In this document: piece by piece, positions 40,216-49,795 of the stretch
Numbering within the stretch: position 1 is the stretch's first letter
How the letters are laid out: the number at the start of each line of letters is the position of its first letter
NCBI RefSeq assembly: GCF_964204645.1
Contig: NC_134029.1
Coordinates: 1,922,001 to 1,986,000 of the forward strand
Direction: 5' to 3'
Source of the DNA: Tubulanus polymorphus
Taxonomy: Eukaryota > Animalia > Nemertea
Length of the DNA: 64,000 nucleotides
The notes under the pieces: generated by a model
What the model was told of the DNA's origin: nothing
Seen by the model: the letters and a program-made list of their open reading frames with translations, nothing else
The model's database searches: none
Position numbers and translations under genes: made by a program

Positions 40216-43200
40216 GTAAGAATATTATGAAACGCGTATAAATTTTTCAAAGTTATTAAAAGAAGGTATCTTAATACTCCATACCGTAGCTCAGTTGGAT
40301 AAAGCGTGATGCTGACGAGTGGCCAGGGAGTTGAGTCATGCTAGCTGCTTACAGTATGCAGGCAACACCCCTGTCTTGTAGATACAATATTGTTAATGTT
40401 GGGCAACCAAGATTTGAACGACAGAAAGCAAGAGAAAATAAACTAATAAACTTCAGTTGCATCACATAATTAAGTCTTAAATAGTTAGATTAGCTGTATG
40501 GTCAAATTGAAACCAACTAAAATGGATAGGCCCACAGTCCTCGGTCTTGGTTGGCCATAGAACTAAAATGGTCTCATTGAAGTTGTTAGAAATCTAAGCC
40601 TTGGCTGTAAAACTGAGTGATTGAGGGTTTTTATTTGCAGGGATAAAATGCACTCAGTAATCTCTGCTGGTTATTTTTTATATAATCGGAAATGGTTGCA
40701 AGTGCATCATGTATGAATTCATGTAGTATTGATTATGGAATTAAATTGCTCGAATAAGATACATTATTAACGATTAAAATCTAGCTGATGTTATTTGAGC
40801 CGCAGGAAAATCTATACTTGTCGCTCGTCGAGCAGCGTGTATGGCTGCTGTGTGTGAGAGGGAGAGAGTTGAATAGGATTAGTCTAGGATTGGTTGAGCG
40901 AAGAAGAAGCAACATTGATTTGAAGCTACTAAGTTTTTTCAAGGATTATACAACAATATTTGTAAGCTGAGTTAAAATCTGAAATCGGTTTTTGATTAAA
41001 ATATTTAGACCGTCGTAATTGTGGGAATTTCTTATTCATGTCTGGTTTATTTAATCTGTTCAGGCTTGTCTTGGCTGAAGAAAAAATTTCTAAAAAAACT
41101 AGTTTGCAATTGCAGGTGGTAATTTCTATAGAAATGTTGACAGGTGTATTTATTTCTTTATAAATCGAATATCGGCAATGAATTTCTTCGGATTTTATTT
41201 TAGTGGAACGTTAAATATTAATCACTTTAATTTTCGTGAGCGTGTTCAAATTATAAGCGATGTACAGGATGAACGAAATATTGACAATACAGTGTAAATA
41301 GAAGAGGACAATAGACTGCAGCGCGCCTATTGTGTATACCTGATGCTATACAGTTTTGACTCAGAGCATTATGCATATTTAATCAGTTTTATTGTGTGTA
41401 AAATGTTTAAATTAGATCTCGTCAACTGAGCTAGCTGTGAACATAATGCGGGCCCTCAAACAGTACAGCTCCTTTAGATATAGCGGTATAGTGTACATGT
41501 GAAGTTGTGTTGCTGAGTTGTCAGTTGAGTAGTTGTGGTCCTGGTTGTATAGTTACTGCGCTCACTCGCTCACTGGCGTCGTGCAGTCATCAGCGTTTTG
41601 AAAGGTTTTTTCTCGAATTGTTCTTATTACTTGTGATGATCGATTTATTGGCACGTCATTAGTAGAAGCTGTAGAAATGGATTGTTTAGTCGTACATGAC
41701 AAGTTGGGATTACCGTTATTTTTACCATACCAGGTTCGTGTTCACTACAATCATGAAAAAGTCTATATTTCATTTGTTTATGTCGTTAGTTTTCTTGATT
41801 TTTCAAAGATTAATGTTTATTATTGGTTTAAATCAGAGTAAATTGATGTTTAGGGTGAAATGAAATAGATACCTAATATTCATAGGTAAGAGGAATATGT
41901 GGTAGACTGTAGTTTGTGATAATGAACTGTCTATTTCTTTTCGCACTGCAATCTGCCGCCTACAATTGTCTTACGTATCACGGATTTCATTGTCAAATTT
42001 TTTCGAATTGGAAATAACTGGTAAATAAGAATACGTCTGAACACGTATTTTGGGTATTATTTTTCATTCCTGTTGTCAGCATCTATGTGTGTGTATGATA
42101 GGTATAATATGCTGGTCTCGTTGCTTGTTTCAATAGAGCGTATTGAATTGTCAACTAAGTGAACTTGACTGATTTTCACAAAGAACTCAATTCTCGTTTC
42201 AGAGTATAATTGCACCTGTACATTGAGTTAGATGCAGGTCTTTGTATGACTTTTATTCCTATAAATTTCCCTTGAAAAAGTGGATTTCTGGGTTTTCATA
42301 AATGCATGAATATGTTATCAGGACATTGTAATTCTGCTAGCCAGATTTCTTCGACTACGTATAAACTATTTTCTGAGCCTTACATTCGGAACCTATTTCT
42401 ACTGGGAGCTTTTCATCTGCTGAGAACGTCCAACCTAACATCAATACATTATACAACCAGTAATGGTCAGAGAAACATGATATAAGTTGGATTGAAGATA
42501 AGAATGGATGGGAAATCAATTCTCATCATGTATATAAGAGAGATATTTGTTATTATTTTGTAGGCGTCTGGTGGATTCAGTAGTATCAGCGATATATTGA
42601 AAGTTCCCGGTATTGGTTCAGGAGTATTGGATCAAAATCGTGTGAAATTGATGTGTACAACAAGTCAGCCGTCCCCTAGACCCGGTACTTCGACTAATAA
42701 TATAAAAAGGTGCGTCATTTGATTAAATCAATCTATACACAATTCAGATATGAATTAATTGATTTTTCCGATGAATAAACCGTTCCTAACACTGATTATA
42801 TGAATTTTAATGAAACAGCTGCATGTGAAAGATTTATCAACCTTTCAACTGAATTAATTATTAGTTCTCTTTGCTCTGAGGAAATTATATATATCGAGTA
42901 ATCTTGATGAAAAGCTCTCTCCGTATTGTAATGACAATATCATAAAATTCCATAATACAAATGAAAAAAGAGTCAAAAAAGGTTTCCTTGAGATCTTTAT
43001 AAATTCATCTTCAGAAATATACTAATGTTTCAGCATGATACAGATGTGTATATATGATTTTGTTGTAGTCAAAAAAGGTTTCCTTGAGATCCTTATAAAT
43101 TCATCTCCAGAGATATACTAATGTTTCAGCATGATACGGATATATGAGTATATATATAATTTTGTTGTAGCCTTTAGTATGAAGATGACTTGAATGGCGT

Positions 43201-46200
43201 TGAAATATTAATTAAACTACAGCTGAAGGAAACATTTCTTACTCGTTTTTCCTTGGTATTCTTGCATTTTATTGTATAAACATGTATTGAGTATTGGGAA
43301 AATATGTGATTCAGTTTTATTGCGATGGATGCATTTTCTCTGTAAATATGATTTCGTCTCGGGTACCGCTTAAGCCGCTTATATCCATCCATACTCACAG
43401 GTCACACACTGTACAGTAGTGGAAAAATGAATGTCGTGTCTTTTGTTTTTATAGAGAAAAATCAGAAAGCGATAAACCTTCTACATCAACATCATCAGAA
43501 TGCAGTGATATTACAGTCTTACAAGGAGTTAGCGCAATCAGTGGAGGTAGCACCACCACGCAACAGATACCGGATAATCATAGGATAACTCGTAATAATA
43601 GTGATAACATTATCATGCCGCCATCAACCGCAACAACCACTCATCAGCGAACTACGACGACGACGACATCAGTAGATAACAGTTTAATCACGCGTTCTCG
43701 TGCGGCACGTATTAAAAAAACTGAAAATAACGACAGCGATGAAATCATAAACAACGTTAGTTCAGGAGGAGCAGGAGCAGCGGGAACTCACACTAACAGA
43801 CGTTATTCTACACGTTTAGGAGCAAATAATACGATTGATAACGATCGTAATTCAAATAGCAATACAATCTCATTATTACGCACCCCATCATCATCAGCAG
43901 CGGCAGCAGCAGCAGTAGCAGCAGCAGCTGCATCGCTGAGTGCGGAAAATCATGTAAATACAGACAGAAAAACTGTACAAACGAAAACATCCGACGAGAG
44001 CAATGATTCATTGGAGGAGGACAGAGCGACTGCTGCTCCGCCTCATCTTAAATACAGTCATCTGAATGAATGCTCGAATGATAGCCATACGACTGTCAAT
44101 GATGATGACGACGAGGATGATGATATCGTTGAAAATGATGAGAATTCAACCGGTAATAAAAACGATGATGAGGATGTCGAGGATGAAGATGATGGTGAAG
44201 AAGATGATGTGGATATGCATAATCTGCTACAGGTTGATTTATCCGCTGGACATTCTTTACGATCAAAGTTACTGGTGAGATTTACTCAGATTCGATCAGT
44301 TCATATTTCAAGTTGTCCGATTGTTATAAATACTTTATTGATGATTTTCAGATGAAAATATAAGAATCTCACAATAATGATGAAAGAATAAAGTCTGATA
44401 GTTTATTCGATGTTTTGACTATAAACTAATTGTCATTATTTTAATTTTTCATCATTTGTAGGATTCTCGTTATATTATCGTCACAACTCGGATATAGCGT
44501 TTAATCATTTCTTTATTTCAGATGAAGCGTAAATCAGATGACGAGGCTCTTATAACGAAAGCTGTTTCTCCTGAGAAGAAGCCTTGTTTTGAACAGTGCC
44601 AGTAAGTTCAGCGTGTCTGTAGTAATTCAATTGGTCGTGCGTTGATTCTGACGGGTTCTAATGAACTGTGGTTTGTTTGTATTTGATTAGATCTGGAGTT
44701 AGTTGCGTTAAACCACCGGGCCGAATCAGTCGTCCACGCATTCCATCGAAAAACAACCCACCTTCCGGAATGTTTGATTGGATTCAAACATTTCAGGTGA
44801 GAATTTTCAAGCTGATTTTATGAAGTTTAATACGATAGATATAAATCAGTTGATTACGATGAGTTTTTGATATTAAAGGCATGGAGTAACGCGGAACGTA
44901 TGGTGGCTTTAGACGATCTCATCGAACACTGCGAACCGACACAAGTGCGCCATCTAATGGCCGTGATCGAACCTCAGTTTCAACGAGATTTCATTTCACT
45001 TTTACCCAAAGAGGTGAGAAGATTATTTACATCTCTTTATTTGTATATACTATTCATTGATACACAGAAACTATATTGGTACAAAAGTCAGTATGTACAT
45101 GAATTATATCAAAACTTTTAGAAAAAAAGGAAAAATTGTGTCACAAGATTAATTCACCCAAGAGAAATCCCACAATAACGAAGCCAAGATTAAAAAATTC
45201 TATATCAGAATGATTATATTTGAGGAGCGACGTTTCGGCTAACAACTGTTAGCCATCATTAGGCGTACTGAGAACAAAAAAAAATCGTCGCTCCTCAAAT
45301 ATAATCATTCTGATATAGAATTTTTCAATTTTGGCTTCGTTATTGTGGGATTTCTCTCGTTATCATCAAACACGGATATTGTGTATCTTCTCGTCTTAAG
45401 ATTAATTCATTTTAAAATTTGTGAGTGTACGATAGGAAGTGTAGCTCTTTTGAGGAATTGAGATGAATTGAAAGGAATGTTTAATGTGTTTCAGCTGGCT
45501 CTTTACGTGCTGTCATTCCTCGAGCCGAAATCATTACTCAACGCTGCCCAGACGTGTCAATACTGGCGAATACTAGCTGAAGACAATCTATTGTGGCGCG
45601 AAAAATGTCGGGAAGAACGAATCGACGAATCTCTCGTGTTCGGAAACAAATTACGTCGCAAGAATCCAGCATCGATTCGCAGTCCGTGGAAACATTTATA
45701 CATGAGACAACATCAAATCGAGAAAAACTGGCGTATGGGTCCGATTAGACCATCAAAGGTAATTATTACAATCTTAGCGTTTTACGGTCGGGGTATTCTG
45801 ATAAGCTGCGATAACACGGAGACAATTTTTGGCCCGGGTGAAACTGCACCAAATCAGAACTGAGTAAAATGTCACTCGATGCTATAAAACAAAGATTTGT
45901 TCGTTTAGGTGCTAAAAGGTCACGATGACCACGTGATCACTTGTCTAGAATTCAGCGGTAACAGAATAGTCAGTGGTTCAGATGATAATACGCTGAAGGT
46001 TTGGTCAGCTATTACTGGTAAGGTATGTATCCTACCTTGATTAACAGAAATCATTCGTTGACATTCATTACTCCATTCTGTCGCTGTGTTCCTGCATAGT
46101 TAGAGATATTAGTTCTATCAGTCTTAGTCATGTTGGAACTTGTAGTGTAAATAACAAAGCGGATGATATTGATTAGATGAAGAAGGGAAAAACAGTTTAT

Positions 46201-47816
46201 TATTGTAATTATTTGTTTCAGTGTTTGCGTACATTAACTGGACATACAGGTGGAGTCTGGTCGTCTCAGATGAAGGAACATATCGTTATAAGTGGCTCAA
46301 CTGATCGTACGTTAAAAATCTGGAACGCCGATACTGGAGACTGTTTACATACATTATACGGTCATTCATCTACTGTTAGGTGTATGCATCTTCATAATGA
46401 CAGGTGAGTTTATTCATACTTTGACCACCTTCATAAAATCCATAATTGAATTGTGACATCTAATCGGGGACACCTCTTTTGGAGAAGGCAGGTTTCCATT
46501 GAACATATTCCCCGTTTCAGGATGGCAATTTCAGATTACAAACTCTACTGGGTTTCTATCGATTTTAATGATTATGCTAGTCTGGAATCGATAGAGACCG
46601 ATTGAAACCTGCCTAAATATTAACTAATCAAAACAATTGAAAGTGAGTGTTATAGAACGATGTGCAGTAAATAAGCGTAAATGAAAACAAGCAAAAACTA
46701 TGAATTTGTTGTAGAGTTGTAAGTGGTTCTCGGGACGCAACGTTACGTATGTGGAATGTTGAAACCGGTGAATGTTTACATGTCTATATGGGACACGTAG
46801 CAGCAGTAAGGTGTGTGCAATATGACGGTAGTCGCGTGATCAGTGGTGCGTATGATTACATGGTAAAAATCTGGGATCCAGAAACTGAAACGTGTCTGCA
46901 TACGTTACAGGGTCATACAAATAGAGTTTATTCACTACAGGTAAGTCAAATTAACCTTATACATCCGATATACATTGTTCGAGGTACTGATAGGCTTTAT
47001 AACTGTGGTGTAAGGCGTGATGATGTTGCATTAAGCGGCTTCGAGTCCTACTGGCTGCTGACAGTGTGCGGGTGACACTTCAAAAAGCAGTTTTGTTGTA
47101 AGGTTCGATACGAACATTCCAATAGGGTTAATCACGAGAAACCAAGGATCAAACGATGTATTGCAAGATAAAGCGAACAGACATATGAAGGAAAGCTGAA
47201 AAAGTTTCTCATTTTATTTATAGTTTGATGGATCACACATAGTCAGTGGTTCATTAGATACATCTATACGTGTGTGGGATGTGAACACTGGTAACTGTTT
47301 ACATACATTAGTCGGACATCAATCATTGACCAGTGGTATGGAGTTAAAGGACAATATTCTAGTATCTGGAAATGCCGATTCTACTGTGAAAGTTTGGGAT
47401 ATTACAACTGGACAGTGTTTACAAACTCTTCAAGGTTCGTATTTCATCGAATGCTTCAAGATGAATCGGATACATTTTATGGAAATGAAAAATGATTTAA
47501 AAGAATTTATATTTTTTTTTCAGGTCCAAACAAACATCAGAGTGCGGTAACGTGTTTGCAGTTTAATAAGAAATTTGTAATCACGTCGTCCGATGACGGA
47601 ACTGTTAAAATCTGGGATTTAAAGAACGGTGATTTCATTCGTAATTTAGTGACACTGGAGTCCGGTGGTAGCGGAGGGGTTGTGTGGCGTGTCAGGTGTT
47701 GTAATACTAAACTCGTCTGCGCAGTCGGCAGCCGTAATGGAACCGAGGAAACTAAACTACTGGTGCTCGATTTCGACATCCAGGATGAGAAAAAGCGCGA
47801 AGCTAGTCTCGTTTAA
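40114..47816 (+). CDS. FBXW7: F-box/WD repeat-containing protein 7 (SCF substrate receptor); longest predicted isoform ~892 aa with an N-terminal HhH domain
   Basis: Exons: 40114-40215, 42564-42709, 43455-44274, 44522-44601, 44691-44796, 44879-45013, 45495-45758, 45909-46022, 46222-46403, 46715-46940, 47224-47434, 47524-47816. Total 2679 nt, all GT-AG and in frame. D-domain/F-box ([47 protein letters not shown]) and WD40s ([49 protein letters not shown]) are near-identical to remembered human FBXW7, including the three phosphodegron-binding arginines. The core from 44522 is very secure; the first three exons are inferred from splice phase. Confidence 0.95.
40284..40372 (+). mobile_element. 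tRNA-derived SINE remnant (copy 1)
   Basis: A-box-like TAGCTCAGTTGG, degenerate B-box gagttgagtc, then atgctagctgcttacagtatgcaggcaacac, which resembles the copy at ~47045-47078. Confidence 0.5.
41038..41118 (+). CDS. Candidate alternative first coding exon B of FBXW7 ([26 protein letters not shown][V])
   Basis: ATG at 41038 is open to phase-0 donors CAG|gtggta (41115) or GTG|gtaatt (41118). Preceded by a GA/GT-rich leader-like stretch at ~40820-40870. No homology support. Confidence 0.4.
41677..41733 (+). CDS. Candidate alternative first coding exon C of FBXW7 ([19 protein letters not shown])
   Basis: gaaATGG context at 41677, 19 codons, donor CAG|gttcgt in phase 0. A CpG-containing promoter-like patch lies at 41558-41595. 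No homology support. Confidence 0.4.
42564..42709 (+). CDS. FBXW7 second coding exon: second half of the (HhH)2 domain, [31 protein letters not shown] plus S/T/P-rich linker
   Basis: Acceptor tattttgtag| in phase 0 and donor AAG|gtgcgt in phase 2, matching the phase-2 acceptor at 43455. The translation fits the 'G.F.S..DL.KV.GIG...L......I' pattern. Confidence 0.85.
42971..43170. repeat. Tandem duplication of a ~96-bp unit (2 copies) in an FBXW7 intron
   Basis: agtcaaaaaaggtttccttgagatc...gtttcagcatgatac...ttttgttgt starts at 42971 and again at 43067, with a few substitutions and a small indel. Confidence 0.9.
45157..45397 (-). mobile_element. Penelope-like retroelement remnant: ~72-bp inverted repeat, degenerate minimal hammerhead, 12-bp TSD
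   Basis: Direct repeat aagattaattca at 45145-45156 and 45398-45409. Arms 45161-45232 and 45286-45357 are reverse complements with about 2 mismatches. Minus strand 45262-45229 reads CTAATGA-T-GGCTAAC-agtt-GTTAGCC-GAAAC-GTC. Confidence 0.75.
46994..47080 (+). mobile_element. tRNA-derived SINE remnant (copy 2) in an FBXW7 intron
   Basis: gcgtgatg...cttcgagtcc (B-box-like) followed by tactggctgctgacagtgtgcgggtgacac, alignable by eye with 40304-40368. Confidence 0.45.
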
Positions 47817-49683
47817 TACAACGCTTCTCTTACATTAACAGTTTTAATGCAGTCTTTTTATCGTTTGGTGGTGGACTTAGGCTTTGAACCTTTAGATTTT
47901 TCTAGAAAAAAAATACATATATATATAAAAAAAGATGTGGATGAATGGTAAATGAAGAGGAATCTAAGGTTAGGGCTCGAAGTGGTTCTTGTGTTAAGAT
48001 AAAGCAGTATTCTTCCCAATTGGTTAACAACAGAGTATAATGAGAATCATAACTGAAGCGACTTCATTACTTTCTCAAACAATTCCAATAATTCAATAGT
48101 TCAGGGTTTGCTGTGCTAGAGAGTGTAAGTGTAGAGAGGCATGTCGTGTCCACATTGCCAGTCAAAATGCTCACACTTCTACTTGAATAGATTGAATTTA
48201 TCTAGTGGAAACTATTTAATTCAGTACGACGTTATAATTGTCTCTTAAATCTGATAAAAGCTCATCAATAATGACGACGACATTTTGAGTGTTTTAGTGA
48301 TTGATATGACACGTAATTAAGCAATTTAGTTTTTGCAATTCGATTTAAAAGCAATTAGATAATTCTGTCTCTCACTAACTGTGTTATTCTGTTTTTATTA
48401 ATGATTACTGTATCGTTATAGACTAGTACAAAAAATAGCGTTAAACGTAAATGTCTATTATATATGTATCGAGGCCTGGGGCCTTTTATAACTCATGGCA
48501 GAAATTAAATCTATTCTCAATGAGAATAATAGATGATGCTTTAGTGTTTTATACAACGGATGTGGAACATCTAGTATTTCGTGTTTCGTGGAATCTCTGC
48601 CAAATGAACAAAAGTTAATTGAATTTAGTGAACTACGTATCATCAGCTCGTCACAAACGTCGCCATTCGTTATTCCGTTTGGAGAGTAAATAAAACAACT
48701 GCAAAATGTATCACAAAATAAATAAAAAACTATTATTGAGTTTTTATTACGAGCATTGATTGGTCATTTTGTAGGTTCTCTTAACGTATCTAAAAATGGT
48801 AAACTGAAATGAATATCCCACCTATTAAAACTAACTCTAACTGTATTTATGTATGGTATGTCTTTATGGTTTAGTATTGATTTTATTCATTCCTTTTTAA
48901 ATTCATCAATAGTGATATCTTAGTGCGGTCGGTACCTGTGTGTATCAAAGTATCTGGCAATTTTTTTAAGCGCGAAGTGTTTATTTGTCCATTGTTCATA
49001 CTGTGACAATTTTATCAATGATTTTCCGGGTTTTTTCTAAGGTATAGGTCAACAATATAAGATTCTAGATTCTAATAAAGGGGTGGATGGCAAAAATAAT
49101 CAGTCTATAGCCGCATTGACACTTCAATCTAATTCGTCCAATTTGAACCAACCAAAAAAACAGATTTTAGAACAGATCATTTCTCTGTGTGTGAATACAC
49201 TTTGTAGGACCAGTGATAACGTCTGATTTTAAAACATGTGTGATCACATATTACTGATTTGATCCGTTCTAAATTGGTCCATTTTAGGTATGGGCCAAAT
49301 CGAAATGGATTAAATGGTGATAGCTGAACACGGCTTATATTTTCTAGAAGAATTAGAAATGGTTCGGTGGAATGTTTCTGCTGTTATTGTTTTCAATCTG
49401 AAATGATATAAGTGATGGTGTTTGTGATGATCATGGCTTTCGAGCACTTGATTTTGCATTTAAAACTTACAACGAGGGGCATGTAGATATTTGCTTGGGA
49501 AATTAGAGTGATTAACTTGTGTAATTTGAGATTATTTTCGAGGGCTGGGGGTCGTGGTTGAATGAAAGGGATTTTCTTTTTAATACTGGTGTTAGTGTTT
49601 CGTTGTTGTTTACTGATGAAATACATTAAACTGAACAAATTGGGATTAATATTAAACGAAGGCAGTGGGATGTATACCGAGAT

Positions 49684-49795
49684 AGATCCAGTTCTATAGT
49701 TGTGAGTTTCATTTCACTCTTTTTGAGTTAAATCAGCTCATTTTCAATGAGTTAAGTCAGGTCAAATCTGAAATAAGAACTGTGGAACTGGGTCC
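49684..49795. mobile_element. ~110-bp MITE in the probable FBXW7 3' UTR
   Basis: Imperfect TIRs agatccagttctatagtt ... aactgtggaactgggtcc. Related TIR fragments occur at ~5479-5501 (aactgcggaactggatccagttc) and ~17392 (cagttccacagtt). Confidence 0.6.

Noticed and set aside
40284-40360. Possible tRNA gene
   Set aside because: Has an A-box, but the B-box is degenerate and I could not fold a cloverleaf. A related copy at ~47000 points to a SINE.
40114-42709. Bacterial comEA contamination or misassembly as the source of the HhH sequence
   Set aside because: The domain is split by a 2.3-kb GT-AG intron, has host-like composition and is phase-matched to FBXW7 exons.
44352-44363. Alternative acceptor ttttcag|ATGAAAATATAA in FBXW7
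   Set aside because: Gives an in-frame stop after three codons. The homologous MKRK exon is at 44522.
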